Shown piece after piece: positions 9,876-19,994 of a stretch of DNA of 64,000 nucleotides. The DNA is from a virus (Duplodnaviria; Heunggongvirae; Uroviricota; Caudoviricetes), in the IMG/VR virus record IMGVR_UViG_2541047850_000005, positions 1-64,000 of that record; one strand, 5' to 3'. Every line of letters starts with the position of its first letter. Position 1 is the stretch's first letter. The notes below the pieces were generated by a model, which was not told the origin of the DNA, searched no databases, and was given only the letters and a program-made list of their open reading frames with translations. The position numbers were made by a program, and so were the translations under genes.

Positions 9876-11909
9876 TTACTTAACCTGGTGACCAGGTTTA
9901 GCACCAGCATCCGGGCTTAACAGGAAGATATCTTTCCCACCAGGACCAGCAGCCATCACCATGCCTTCTGAGATACCGAAACGCATTTTACGCGGAGCCA
10001 GGTTAGCCACCATAATGGTGTGACGACCAATCAGTGCCTGTGGGTCTGGATAAGCAGAACGAATGCCGGAGAAGACATTACGCTTTTCCCCACCGAGATC
10101 CAGTGTCAGACGCAGCAGTTTGTCAGAGCCTTCAACAAACTCCGCGTTTTCAATCAGCGCCACACGCAGGTCAACTTTGGCGAAGTCGTCAAAGGTGATG
10201 GTTTCCTGAATCGGGTCGTCAGCCAGTGGGCCAGTTACCGGTGCGGCTGTGGCTTTCACTTCTTCTTTGGATGCTTCCACCAGTGCTTCCACCTGTTTCA
10301 TATCGATGCGGTTATACAGCGCCTTGAACGGATTCACTTTGTGGCCCAGCAGCGGTTGCTGGATACCATCCCAGGTCAGTTCTGTATTGAGGAATGCTTC
10401 TGCGCGCTCGGTCAGTTTCGGCAGTACCGGTTTCAGGTAAGTCATCAGCACGCGGAACAGGTTAATGCCCATAGAGCAAATCGCCTGCAGATCGGCATCG
10501 CGACCTTCCTGCTTCGCCACCACCCACGGAGCCTGTTCATCGACATAGCGGTTAGCCAGGTCAGCCAGTGCCATGATTTCACGGATAGCTTTACCAAATT
10601 CGCGGCTTTCCCATGCTTCGCCAATCACTTCAGCGGCATCAGTAAAGGTTTTGTACAGTTGCGGGTCAGCCAGTTCGCTTGCCAGCACGCCGTCAAAACG
10701 CTTGTTGATAAAGCCTGCATTACGGGAGGCCAGGTTAACCACTTTGTTCACGATATCGGCATTCACTCGCTGAACGAAATCTTCCAGGTTGAGATCGATA
10801 TCATCAATGCGCGAAGAGAGTTTCGCAGTGTAGTAGTAACGCAGGCTGTCGGCGTCAAAATGATTCAGCCAGGTGCTGGCTTTAATGAACGTGCCGCGAG
10901 ACTTGGACATCTTCGCACCGTTCACCGTCACATAGCCATGAACAAACAGGTTGGTCGGCTTGCGGAAGTTGCTGCCTTCCAGCATGGCAGGCCAGAACAG
11001 GCTGTGGAAGTAAACGATATCTTTACCGATGAAGTGGTACAGCTCGGCGGTGGAGTCTTTCTTCCAGTATTCATCGAAGCTGGAGGTGTCGCCGCGTTTG
11101 TCGCACAGATTCTTGAAGGAACCCATGTAGCCAATCGGCGCGTCCAGCCAGACGTAGAAATATTTGCCCGGCGCGTTCGGAATTTCAAAACCGAAATAAG
11201 GGGCGTCGCGGGAGATATCCCACTGTTGCAGGCCAGATTCAAACCACTCCTGCATTTTATTTGCCACCTGCTCCTGCAACGCACCGCTGCGGGTCCATGC
11301 CTGCAGCATTTCGCTGAAAGAAGGCAGATCAAAGAAGAAGTGTTCGGAATCACGCATTACCGGCGTAGCACCAGAAACTACCGATTTCGGCTCGATCAGT
11401 TCAGTCGGGCTGTAAGTCGCGCCGCAGACTTCACAGTTATCGCCGTATTGATCTGGCGCTTTACATTTAGGGCAGGTGCCTTTTACAAAACGGTCCGGCA
11501 GGAACATGCCTTTTTCCGGGTCGTATAACTGAGAGATGGTGCGGTTTTTAATAAAACCGTTCTCTTTCAGGCGAGTATAAATAAGCTCGGACAACTGACG
11601 GTTCTCTTCGCTGTGCGTCGAGTGATAGTTGTCATAGCTGATGTTAAAGCCTGCAAAATCAGTCTGGTGTTCCTGACTCATTTCGCCAATCATCTGTTCC
11701 GGTGTGATACCAAGCTGCTGTGCTTTCAGCATGATCGGTGTGCCGTGGGCATCGTCGGCACAGATGAAATTAACCTCGTGGCCGCGCATTCGCTGGTAAC
11801 GAACCCAGACATCAGCCTGGATGTGCTCCAGCATATGGCCGAGGTGGATTGAGCCGTTAGCGTACGGCAGCGCGCACGTCACCAGAATTTTCTTCGCGAC
11901 TTGGGTCAT
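9876..11909 (-). CDS. metG: methionine--tRNA ligase
   Basis: 677-aa product starting [26 protein letters not shown] (HIGH motif), KMSKS motif, C-terminal tRNA-binding domain; track ORF extends upstream of the true ATG. Confidence 0.95.
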   Translation of the reverse strand: MTQVAKKILVTCALPYANGSIHLGHMLEHIQADVWVRYQRMRGHEVNFICADDAHGTPIMLKAQQLGITPEQMIGEMSQEHQTDFAGFNISYDNYHSTHSEENRQLSELIYTRLKENGFIKNRTISQLYDPEKGMFLPDRFVKGTCPKCKAPDQYGDNCEVCGATYSPTELIEPKSVVSGATPVMRDSEHFFFDLPSFSEMLQAWTRSGALQEQVANKMQEWFESGLQQWDISRDAPYFGFEIPNAPGKYFYVWLDAPIGYMGSFKNLCDKRGDTSSFDEYWKKDSTAELYHFIGKDIVYFHSLFWPAMLEGSNFRKPTNLFVHGYVTVNGAKMSKSRGTFIKASTWLNHFDADSLRYYYTAKLSSRIDDIDLNLEDFVQRVNADIVNKVVNLASRNAGFINKRFDGVLASELADPQLYKTFTDAAEVIGEAWESREFGKAIREIMALADLANRYVDEQAPWVVAKQEGRDADLQAICSMGINLFRVLMTYLKPVLPKLTERAEAFLNTELTWDGIQQPLLGHKVNPFKALYNRIDMKQVEALVEASKEEVKATAAPVTGPLADDPIQETITFDDFAKVDLRVALIENAEFVEGSDKLLRLTLDLGGEKRNVFSGIRSAYPDPQALIGRHTIMVANLAPRKMRFGISEGMVMAAGPGGKDIFLLSPDAGAKPGHQVK

Positions 11910-12066
11910 AGTAGGCATTACTTCTTTGTAGTGAAAAGGGGCTTGATAGTAACAAAATGGCCTTATGTCTGCCATGTGATAACAGCATTTCTCATAAATG
12001 ATTAAATGCCGTAGCTGGAGTACACTACAAGGCGACAATTGCGCAAATTAAAATAAAGGAGACGGG

Positions 12067-13167
12067 ATGAGCGAGTCCAAATCGCCGGATGCCCTGAGAG
12101 CAATGGTAGCCGGTACGCTGGCTAATTTTCAGCACCCAACCCTGAAACACAACCTGACTACGCTTAAAGCGTTACACCATGTTGCGTTGATGGATGACAC
12201 ACTGCATGTCGAACTAATCATGCCTTTCGTGTGGAATAAGCCTTTTGAAGACCTGAAAGAGCAATGTAGTGGTGATCTGCTCCGTATCACTGGCGCAAAG
12301 GCTATCGACTGGAAGCTGTCGTACAACATTGCCACGCTTAAGCGCGTCAAAAACCAACCAGGCATTAATGGCGTTAAGAACATTATCGCCGTCAGCTCAG
12401 GCAAGGGCGGCGTTGGTAAATCCTCCACGGCGGTAAACCTGGCACTGGCGTTGGCTGCTGAAGGTGCGAAAGTTGGTATTTTGGATGCCGATATCTACGG
12501 GCCATCAATTCCAACCATGCTTGGCGCGGAAAACCAACGTCCAACCTCACCGGACGGTACTCACATGGCACCGATTATGTCTCATGGACTGGCAACCAAT
12601 TCAATTGGTTATCTGGTAACTGACGACAATGCGATGGTGTGGCGTGGTCCGATGGCGAGCAAGGCGTTAATGCAGATGTTGCAGGAAACTCTATGGCCTG
12701 ATCTGGACTATCTCGTTCTCGATATGCCGCCGGGTACTGGTGATATTCAGCTGACGCTGGCGCAGAACATTCCTGTAACTGGTGCTGTTGTGGTAACTAC
12801 GCCGCAAGATATCGCGCTGATCGATGCGAAGAAAGGCATTGTGATGTTCGAAAAAGTCGAAGTGCCGGTACTGGGTATCGTCGAAAACATGAGTGTGCAT
12901 ATTTGCAGTAACTGCGGTCATCACGAGCCAATTTTTGGCACCGGTGGCGCACAGAAACTGGCCGAGAAATACAACACGCAGTTGTTAGGCCAAATGCCAC
13001 TTCATATCTCTCTTCGTGAAGATCTGGATAACGGAACACCAACCGTTATTAGTCGTCCAGATAGCGAATTTACGGCTATTTATCGTGACCTTGCAGATCG
13101 CGTTGCTGCCCAAATGTATTGGCAAGGTGAAGTAATACCTGGCGAAATCGCATTCCGCGCAGTGTGA
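12067..13167 (+). CDS. apbC: Fe-S cluster carrier ATPase ApbC/Mrp
   Basis: P-loop SSGKGGVGKSSTAVNLA, CxxC motif (HICSNCGH), divergent from metG as in enterobacteria. Confidence 0.9.
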   Translation: MSESKSPDALRAMVAGTLANFQHPTLKHNLTTLKALHHVALMDDTLHVELIMPFVWNKPFEDLKEQCSGDLLRITGAKAIDWKLSYNIATLKRVKNQPGINGVKNIIAVSSGKGGVGKSSTAVNLALALAAEGAKVGILDADIYGPSIPTMLGAENQRPTSPDGTHMAPIMSHGLATNSIGYLVTDDNAMVWRGPMASKALMQMLQETLWPDLDYLVLDMPPGTGDIQLTLAQNIPVTGAVVVTTPQDIALIDAKKGIVMFEKVEVPVLGIVENMSVHICSNCGHHEPIFGTGGAQKLAEKYNTQLLGQMPLHISLREDLDNGTPTVISRPDSEFTAIYRDLADRVAAQMYWQGEVIPGEIAFRAV

Positions 13168-13194
13168 TAAAAAGGTGGTGCAATGCACCACCTA
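13168..13194. terminator. hairpin terminator between convergent apbC and umuD-like gene
   Basis: AGGTGGTGCA-a-TGCACCACCT stem with A/T runs on both sides (bidirectional candidate). Confidence 0.5.
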
Positions 13195-13204
13195 AACAGT
13201 TCTC

Positions 13205-13594
13205 CTACATCACAGGACAATCATCAAACTCGCCACTTCTTGCGTCGTTGATAATGTGAGTGATCACACCAAACACGGCATTGCTGCCCGTGCATCCATC
13301 ATCATCCTTTGGCAATGCTTCCTTCTTACCAGTTCTTAAATCCTCCAGATGCTGACGTGGATACTTCCGGTATCTTTTTACGCGATATTCCCCATCCAGA
13401 GCACATACAAGAAGAGATCCATCAACAGGAGTGAGTGAGGAATCGACCACCAGCAATGCACCCTGCAATATTCCCTCACGATGATGGCTATCAGCTGCCC
13501 TCAAGAAGTAGGTCGCTGAAGGATGTCTAATTATCTGCTGATCAAGAGAAATACGGCTCTCAGCATAATCCGCCGCAGGAGAGGGGTACCCCAT
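13205..13594 (-). CDS. umuD: UmuD-like S24 peptidase (translesion-synthesis accessory, HumD/UmuD' type)
   Basis: 129 aa; alignment-by-eye to UmuD (..HPSATYF..A.DS....GI..G.LL.VD.....G.......DGE..VK..); Ser and Lys of the S24 dyad present; LexA box upstream; no umuC adjacent. Confidence 0.75.
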   Translation of the reverse strand: MGYPSPAADYAESRISLDQQIIRHPSATYFLRAADSHHREGILQGALLVVDSSLTPVDGSLLVCALDGEYRVKRYRKYPRQHLEDLRTGKKEALPKDDDGCTGSNAVFGVITHIINDARSGEFDDCPVM

Positions 13595-13612
13595 AGCGTT
13601 TTACCTCAAAAA

Positions 13613-13632
13613 TACTGTTTATCTGTACAGTA
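13613..13632 (-). promoter_or_regulatory. LexA (SOS) box TACTGTTTATCTGTACAGTA upstream of umuD-like gene
   Basis: perfect CTGT-N8-ACAG core ~20 bp upstream of the ATG at 13594. Confidence 0.7.
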
Positions 13633-13751
13633 TACATTAAAGAAGCACCTTTGGTGCATTAGAGAAATGCAAAACGATAATAGAGGCTAAATCGAGGTAG
13701 AAAACACATTGTTTAAGGCCACTAATTGTGGCCTTAATGGAGAGGGGATGC

Positions 13752-14276
13752 TTATTGGCTATGGCTAAAAATCAAATTAGACACTTCATGTGGTTGTAGC
13801 TCGTCAAGATCCGGTGCCACAAAACCTTTTCCGAAAGACTTCACAAGTGATTCACCAGCCGCATCATTGTCACCTATTACACGAAAGTCATACGGCAGCA
13901 TTGCCAGTTGACGACGTAATCCTGCTGAGAAAGTCGAACCTAACAGCGCCCACGAATTTCCGCCCGCGTTGTGCACTGCTGCACTTTTAAAAATCGACTC
14001 AGTTATCCATATCGGTCCATCTTTTAAAGGAAGATAGGTTCCCCATAGTAGCTGTCTGCCGTGCGCTCGTGTGAAATACCGGGCCATCTTCGGATTGCTG
14101 TGCTGCTTAGGAGCGCCTGGTCTGTATGTCTGATACCCGGCCAACATCCCATCAAACCTGTATAGAGGGAATGTAACAACTCCTTCGCTTTCATCGATCC
14201 ACTGTCTATATGGGTGTATATCATGGCGGTAGTTACGAGTCAGCAAATGAGCTTCCAGCTTTCCAAATTTGGTCAT
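13752..14276 (-). CDS. Toprim-domain protein (primase-like)
   Basis: ..PIWITESIFKSA.. and ..VIGDNDAAGE.. resemble Toprim Glu and DxD motifs; start set at internal ATG MTKFGK. Confidence 0.55.
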   Translation of the reverse strand: MTKFGKLEAHLLTRNYRHDIHPYRQWIDESEGVVTFPLYRFDGMLAGYQTYRPGAPKQHSNPKMARYFTRAHGRQLLWGTYLPLKDGPIWITESIFKSAAVHNAGGNSWALLGSTFSAGLRRQLAMLPYDFRVIGDNDAAGESLVKSFGKGFVAPDLDELQPHEVSNLIFSHSQ

Positions 14277-14289
14277 AACTTCGCATCCC

Positions 14290-15144
14290 TCATAACACTT
14301 CCCATTTATCACCATATTTCTCCATAGCTCTTAGCCAGTAAACATGGCCACTAGGCATAGTGATGTGAGGCTCGCCAAACTCTTCTCCATGCACATCAAA
14401 GATGTCCCCAACAGAGAATTGGGGGATTTCTGTGCCGTTTTCACCTATATGCGTAATTCGTATACGTTTCGGTTGAGATTCGCCCCCTTTGAGCGAGTTG
14501 TTCACGGCTCTTGCAATCTTCTCCCGCAATTGCTGCGTTCCGTGATACGAAACCGCAATATCCCGCAACTCGTTCACCAGTTCTCGAATTTGGTGATCTT
14601 TAAGCTCATTATTTGGGTGATGGGCAACAACTCTGGTTAATTCACCCTTGTCTTTTGCTCTTACGTATGCAGCTCTTGTGCATTCGACCCATGTATTACC
14701 GCCTACATTAACTTCGTAGATTAGGCTGGACTTATCTGTTAATTCGGCACAAATACGGGCCGTGGTCTGACAACTAGAGCATTCGCAGTGATCACGGAAA
14801 CCGTGATCTACTGGCTTCGGTTTCACATCATCAACTTTTTCTACCCTATTGGAATTTAAATACTTCGAAGCCTTGCTATGCCAATCGCTGGTTTTAGGAT
14901 CTTGTCCATCCATCAAACGCCAGGCTTCAGCGATTAACTCATAACTAGTGACTGTAGCTTCCTGCGCATCACCAATAAGTCGTGTAATCTCTCTTTCAAG
15001 CCGACCGCCTAATTCCGTTTTAGTGCAATGTTCTGACCAATCGCCAGCCTCAAGAAGCGCGAGAATGTTTAAAATATCGTCCAATAGAACGGTAGTATTT
15101 TCGACTTCCTTCTGAAGCTCTCCGGCTGCTGATTTATGCGTCAT
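14290..15144 (-). CDS. hypothetical protein (284 aa, Cys cluster HCECSSCQ; possible primase zinc-binding partner)
   Basis: ORF with ATG; immediately upstream of the Toprim gene. Confidence 0.5.
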   Translation of the reverse strand: MTHKSAAGELQKEVENTTVLLDDILNILALLEAGDWSEHCTKTELGGRLEREITRLIGDAQEATVTSYELIAEAWRLMDGQDPKTSDWHSKASKYLNSNRVEKVDDVKPKPVDHGFRDHCECSSCQTTARICAELTDKSSLIYEVNVGGNTWVECTRAAYVRAKDKGELTRVVAHHPNNELKDHQIRELVNELRDIAVSYHGTQQLREKIARAVNNSLKGGESQPKRIRITHIGENGTEIPQFSVGDIFDVHGEEFGEPHITMPSGHVYWLRAMEKYGDKWEVL

Positions 15145-15410
15145 TCGTCATCCTCATCCGACTCATCCTCATCACAGGTTGAGAGTAGTGGGTTAGTCAT
15201 TCGTCCTACTTGAGTGGCGTAGCCACGCCGACAGAGATTGCGCAGCACACTGTATATTTCGAACATCTCGGTTCGTTCCTCACCAACATCAAGCTCAGAT
15301 GCTATAGCGTGGCATTCAGTCGCGAGAGCCGATATTTTCTGAAATAACTCTGCTTTATTCACTCTTCGACTCCTGCGGAGGTTCTGGTAGCGGCATCCAG
15401 TGTGTGACAT
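15141..15410 (-). CDS. hypothetical small acidic protein (89 aa)
   Basis: ORF overlaps the 3' end of the upstream gene by ~56 nt; start uncertain. Confidence 0.3.
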   Translation of the reverse strand: MSHTGCRYQNLRRSRRVNKAELFQKISALATECHAIASELDVGEERTEMFEIYSVLRNLCRRGYATQVGRMTNPLLSTCDEDESDEDDE

Positions 15411-15963
15411 TGCTAATCAGACCATATTCATTCGTTTGAGGATGGTTGCCGTTATCGTCTCCGTATTTAAGACTCTCCATAAAGCCATAATGCCTATCAC
15501 CATTAACGCTCACAAAGCCGTAATAAGCAGGTATAACGCCGATCTCACACGTAACCAGCAAAGGAAAACTAGTTCTCCAATTTAGCTCGCCGATTACAGG
15601 CATCTGCTCACTACAGCTTATCCAACCATCAGGAGTAACCGGATAGTTGCGCATTGCGACCTTAAATGCCTCATAGAAGCAACCTTTCAGATTATTGAAC
15701 TGACGCCCGTTCAGAGGGCCATGTTCTGTCAACATGTTGTGTAATTTCCATGCCGCGTCGTTAACTTCGTTGGATGATCTGGGAGGCAACTTGCAAGTTT
15801 GGCTTACAGGTTCTGCACTATCAGCTTCGCGCCGCTTCTGTAGCTCTGCTGCCATCGCTCTCACGACTTCAACTGGTGCCCTTGCAGCAAACTCTATGTT
15901 GGTGATCAGCTCATTAAGATATTGCTCGCCTGGATACTGTTTCTTATCGGTTATAGTAGTCAT
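15355..15963 (-). CDS. DUF551-like phage protein (202 aa)
   Basis: C-terminal ..TPDGWIS..W.PLPEPP motif reminiscent of DUF551; start at internal ATG MTTITDKK abutting upstream stop. Confidence 0.5.
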   Translation of the reverse strand: MTTITDKKQYPGEQYLNELITNIEFAARAPVEVVRAMAAELQKRREADSAEPVSQTCKLPPRSSNEVNDAAWKLHNMLTEHGPLNGRQFNNLKGCFYEAFKVAMRNYPVTPDGWISCSEQMPVIGELNWRTSFPLLVTCEIGVIPAYYGFVSVNGDRHYGFMESLKYGDDNGNHPQTNEYGLISNVTHWMPLPEPPQESKSE

Positions 15964-15964
15964 A

Positions 15965-16402
15965 TCACTCTCCTTTTCCCTGAAGCATGGCAGCGTGGCA
16001 GGCATCCTCTACGCCCTTAACTGCATCTGCGCAGTAGTTATAGCGATTGCATTCCACTAACTTCTGCTTGAGATTTTCAATTGCTTGCGCGACATCAGCC
16101 TGTATTACGGGAACGAGGGGAGCGGCGTATACTTCAATTGTCCCATTATCAATAGGCCACTCCCCATCCTTGATGTAGTCACTTGTGCCGTCAACTTGCT
16201 GTTCTGCAATGTGGAATGCACCTATTGGTTTTGTCTCAAGTGAGGCCAGTGCAATTCGTGCCAGTTTTAGATCTCGTTCGACCATCTCAATAACAACTTT
16301 GCAGTCCGCACCTTCTTTACTAACACGTCCTTTCAAGTCTTCCAGATAACTAACGCTTTCGCGTGCATGGGAGATTAACTGTTCTTTGGTTAAGGTGGTC
16401 AT
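15965..16402 (-). CDS. hypothetical protein (145 aa)
   Basis: ATG overlapping upstream stop (translational coupling). Confidence 0.5.
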   Translation of the reverse strand: MTTLTKEQLISHARESVSYLEDLKGRVSKEGADCKVVIEMVERDLKLARIALASLETKPIGAFHIAEQQVDGTSDYIKDGEWPIDNGTIEVYAAPLVPVIQADVAQAIENLKQKLVECNRYNYCADAVKGVEDACHAAMLQGKGE

Positions 16403-16587
16403 TAGGCAGCTCTCTCAACAACAAGCAATTCGTCGTAGTCATAATCAGTTTCGGAACCATCCGTACCGAACAGAGTCACTTTGTCATCTTCCATCCAAAA
16501 AGATTTAACCGCACATTGTTGACCTTTAGATGTTATGAGCACATCACCAGGGATTACATCTTCAGCGCGAACTTCTAGTGTTCTCAT
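16402..16587 (-). CDS. hypothetical small protein (61 aa)
   Basis: ORF in operon context. Confidence 0.4.
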   Translation of the reverse strand: MRTLEVRAEDVIPGDVLITSKGQQCAVKSFWMEDDKVTLFGTDGSETDYDYDELLVVERAA

Positions 16588-17114
16588 CGTGCTGACCCCT
16601 CTTTGGTTAAAATGCCTGCTGCAATGCTGTTTATGATGCTGTCAGTGCATGGAGTAGAAAGCTGGGCATCTCCAGCAATTTTCATGACCTCAACATCCGC
16701 ATATCGAATACCGAGGTGTATCAGACCGGCTATACCTGACTTAAGTCGAACATTTTCCATAAACAGATCTTTTTCCCGCTGTTTAGCGGCTTCCAACTCC
16801 ATCGACAATTTTTCCAACTGCTCTTTATGCTTCTTGTATTCCTGATACGCGTGCCAAGACTGACCTTTGCGCACACTATCAGTGATATCAGCAACCTGCT
16901 CCGGTGTTAGCGTGGTCAGTGGCTGTGCTGGAAAAATCATCACCTTCCCGGCATCCCAATCAAAACCCGCCTGAATTGACTGAACCTCAACTGATGGTGT
17001 TGAACCGATGCGACCAGGCGAATGAACAACGATCGTTACATCCATATCGCGACGATGGCTGTGGTTGTTGGACAAAATACGATTCACCAACTCAGAAAAT
17101 TTGGAAAATTTCAT
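16584..17114 (-). CDS. hypothetical protein (176 aa; start MKFSKFSEL)
   Basis: track ORF extended upstream; ATG at 17114 abuts the stop of the upstream gene. Confidence 0.5.
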   Translation of the reverse strand: MKFSKFSELVNRILSNNHSHRRDMDVTIVVHSPGRIGSTPSVEVQSIQAGFDWDAGKVMIFPAQPLTTLTPEQVADITDSVRKGQSWHAYQEYKKHKEQLEKLSMELEAAKQREKDLFMENVRLKSGIAGLIHLGIRYADVEVMKIAGDAQLSTPCTDSIINSIAAGILTKEGSAR

Positions 17115-17434
17115 GCTGATCCCTCTTTTTCTCCCCGGATAATTCTGTTGCACACATCCACACACTCGTCGCAGATGAAAACGGCGTCCCCAGCAATTAA
17201 CTTTTTGACGGCGTACTGGGATTTGTTGCAGAAGCTGCAACAAAGTGTTCGCCTGACTGATAAGGATGGAGCGCCAGATGTCAGCCGCTCCATATCGTTC
17301 TTGCGACGCAATATCACACGGCTGAACTCAACCAGTTTCTCCGGGGATATCTCCTCCTCCGTAGCAAGCGCCTCTAATCGTTCGAGTATGTGGAAGGCTT
17401 TTTTCTGGGTAATTGCAGAATGCGATGTGGTCAT
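17111..17434 (-). CDS. protein with ClpX-type C4 zinc-binding domain (ZBD) homolog
   Basis: C-terminus ..[34 protein letters not shown].. closely parallels the ClpX N-terminal ZBD (CSFCGKSQ..KLIAGP..YICDECV..C); start at ATG with AAGGAGAG RBS. Confidence 0.65.
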   Translation of the reverse strand: MTTSHSAITQKKAFHILERLEALATEEEISPEKLVEFSRVILRRKNDMERLTSGAPSLSVRRTLCCSFCNKSQYAVKKLIAGDAVFICDECVDVCNRIIRGEKEGSA

Positions 17435-17435
17435 C

Positions 17436-17966
17436 TCACTCTCCTTTGATGCGAATGCCAGCGGCGCGGGAATCATTCCATCGCTTTACTTCTTCACGAA
17501 TTACGTCAATGCATTCTTTCGAATCCATTAGGTAATCTTCATCAAAAAGACGTTCCTGTTCGTTTTCTATCGCAACAATGATTGCTTCAACTAACTTTTG
17601 TGCCTGAGAATCACTTTCTAACTCTGCTATGCGCTTACTTCCATCCGAGATAACGCCCTCGTAATACTCACGCTGCTCGTTGAGTTTTGATTTTGCCAAC
17701 TCCAGTTGTTTTGTTAGTTCCGCAATACGGCAAACATCGTTGATACGCGTTTCCTCTAATGCGTTGATCTCATCCAGTAGTGCCAGCACGGTTTCTGGTC
17801 CGGCCAGAAATTTGAAGGCGTTGAGGGCATCAATATCAACACCGCTATCTTTAAGTTCCTGTTCACTTAACAAGTCATCATCAGCTGGCAACATTAACAG
17901 GCGTTCCATTGCTGGAATTGCACGTTCCGCCACCTCACGCAGTGCCTGGTAATTAATTTCGCTCAC
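17436..17966 (-). CDS. hypothetical acidic coiled-coil protein (176 aa)
   Basis: ORF, operon context. Confidence 0.5.
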   Translation of the reverse strand: MSEINYQALREVAERAIPAMERLLMLPADDDLLSEQELKDSGVDIDALNAFKFLAGPETVLALLDEINALEETRINDVCRIAELTKQLELAKSKLNEQREYYEGVISDGSKRIAELESDSQAQKLVEAIIVAIENEQERLFDEDYLMDSKECIDVIREEVKRWNDSRAAGIRIKGE

Positions 17967-18207
17967 TGGCTGCCTCCTGCTTTTCTGCCTTCAACACCAT
18001 GCGAGAACCATCATCCAGCTCCCACACTATCTCACCACCTTCAGCCATGACCAGTTGCCACACCAATTGAGCAGCCTCATTGGTAACATCACGACCTGGA
18101 TCATTGCCAACGCGCATACGTCCACCTTCAACATCGCGCATTTTTGCCAGCATGATAGTTTTTGATAGCGGTGAAAAACCAAGCTGTAGTCGTGCTGAAT
18201 TACTCAC
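17953..18207 (-). CDS. hypothetical protein (84 aa)
   Basis: ORF, operon context. Confidence 0.4.
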   Translation of the reverse strand: MSNSARLQLGFSPLSKTIMLAKMRDVEGGRMRVGNDPGRDVTNEAAQLVWQLVMAEGGEIVWELDDGSRMVLKAEKQEAASERN

Positions 18208-18710
18208 TGGTTGCCTCCTTTGCGAAGCTGGTCGGCGAACAAACGTACACCAGACGCTTCACTGCGTAGAAACTTAACGGCATCATCAAAACCACCTCGT
18301 TCTGCGTCGTCTGCTCCGTTGTCGAGGTTATCTGCGTACATCTCTACCCCCTGCGCCCGTACTTCAGCCAGAAAAGCATCGGTGGCTGGAGTCTCCGTTA
18401 ATTCGCTAACCCAATTATCTCCGTGTTCCTCGGCACGCATCGCATCGAATGCTCGCTCAGATTCTTTCAGGGCTGCATTCTCCGCCGCTAATGCGTCTCT
18501 CTGCGCCCGCAACTTCTCAATTTCGGCAGCCATGTAGTAACCAACCATAGCGAAGACGGCAAAAGAGTTGTCTGCCTCATCAGGCGACACTGAGGCCATT
18601 AGCAGACCATCGTAATAATCGTGACTCCCATTGGTGATCGCCACCGCATAGGAGTCGTGGTTCTCACGCTTGTGAATGAGAACTACGGGGTTTTCGATTT
18701 TGTTACTCAT
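18204..18710 (-). CDS. hypothetical protein (168 aa)
   Basis: ATG preceded by GGAAAAACAC-type leader seen at many genes of the island. Confidence 0.5.
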   Translation of the reverse strand: MSNKIENPVVLIHKRENHDSYAVAITNGSHDYYDGLLMASVSPDEADNSFAVFAMVGYYMAAEIEKLRAQRDALAAENAALKESERAFDAMRAEEHGDNWVSELTETPATDAFLAEVRAQGVEMYADNLDNGADDAERGGFDDAVKFLRSEASGVRLFADQLRKGGNQ

Positions 18711-18848
18711 GTGTTTTTCTCTTCTTTGCTGTTACATAAGCACTACCAAGTGCTGGTTTATTTTCACAAATAAGAAAATGTAGAAAACAATTTATTTAAG
18801 GCCACAACTTATGGCCTTTATTTATTCATGCCGAAGGATTTGTAGCGT

Positions 18849-19229
18849 CTAATTGCCGTATAAAATGGGGTGAGGTGCTTGCCAGTAGGCTCCACCGGTC
18901 CATGTGAACCCCATGCGAATAAGAGTGTTTATTGCGGCTTTGGTAGACTCCGATTCGACACTGGCTTTACGAAACTCTTGAACCTCTTTCGCCAACCTGT
19001 ATGTAATTGTGCAGGGGACGATTGCAGCCCAGCCTTTCTCATGACTGTTAATGACCATCTGGATGTGACCATCCAGAATAGGTTGATTAGACATGTTATT
19101 GAAAATGTCTGCCTGTTTTTGAATGTGAAGAAAAAGCCTTGCCAGCTCCATTTGCTCACTACGAGACAAGGGATTATCAAGAGGGCTTTTTGCAAAAGCG
19201 GCTATACGCTGTGCGTCAATGCCAAACAT
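18849..19229 (-). CDS. hypothetical protein (126 aa)
   Basis: ORF, stop/start abutting next gene. Confidence 0.5.
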   Translation of the reverse strand: MFGIDAQRIAAFAKSPLDNPLSRSEQMELARLFLHIQKQADIFNNMSNQPILDGHIQMVINSHEKGWAAIVPCTITYRLAKEVQEFRKASVESESTKAAINTLIRMGFTWTGGAYWQAPHPILYGN

Positions 19230-19933
19230 CAGCGCACCTCACCATCTTTATGGCTGGAGTTAACTTCCGCCATTAAATGTCTGACGTAATCGACAAGAGA
19301 GCCACCTGGTGGAATCTGGCATTCCTCAACTAACTGGAAGTAGATATCCGCAGCATTACGTGTATTGCTACCCGCGCATATTCTTTCTTCCCGAAGTGCA
19401 TGAAGCTCGTTGATCAAACGGTCACACTCTCCGTTACGCTGATCCACAACAGCCTCAAGTTCTGCGACGCGTTCACCTGGCGTCTTACCTTCTTCGCGTT
19501 GGATGGTAACGACGAAATCGCCAATTGCAGGGACGTTGTAATCCAGCTCAAGGTAGTTTTTGGCACCGCTGCGGACGAACTCACCCGCGAACATGGTGGC
19601 GAACATCTCAGAGGCCATTGTGCTGTTGAAAAGTGACTCCAGATCTAACGGAGTCCCGGCAGCCAGAGCCTCTTTTGCTGTATCCATTGCATCCATGAAC
19701 CGATCAAACTCATTAGCGCGCTTTTCCAGGTCTTTCCATTGCTCGCTCCAACGTTTGGCAATGAAGTCTATGAATGTTTTCGCGGATTCATCAAAATCCC
19801 CCTCAAACTTAACGATGCCTTTATCAATAATGATCTGGCCTACCGCATCCTCTGCATAACCTTTCAATGTAAACTTGAAAGGAAAATCAGAATGGCCTGT
19901 GACGTTAAAATGCTCTAACTGGAGGTTGTTCAT
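19229..19933 (-). CDS. hypothetical protein (234 aa)
   Basis: ORF with ATG and A-rich leader. Confidence 0.5.
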   Translation of the reverse strand: MNNLQLEHFNVTGHSDFPFKFTLKGYAEDAVGQIIIDKGIVKFEGDFDESAKTFIDFIAKRWSEQWKDLEKRANEFDRFMDAMDTAKEALAAGTPLDLESLFNSTMASEMFATMFAGEFVRSGAKNYLELDYNVPAIGDFVVTIQREEGKTPGERVAELEAVVDQRNGECDRLINELHALREERICAGSNTRNAADIYFQLVEECQIPPGGSLVDYVRHLMAEVNSSHKDGEVR

Positions 19934-19994
19934 ATGTTTTTCTCTTATCGTTTAGTTATTACATTCTTACACAAATTAAGTAAGTATTTACCTA

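Noticed and set aside
10020-11528. 502-aa ORF on the plus strand (plus several shorter ones) within the metG locus
   Set aside because: Antisense to the well-supported metG reading frame; Ala/Arg/Gly-rich low-complexity translation typical of antisense ORFs in GC-rich coding DNA.
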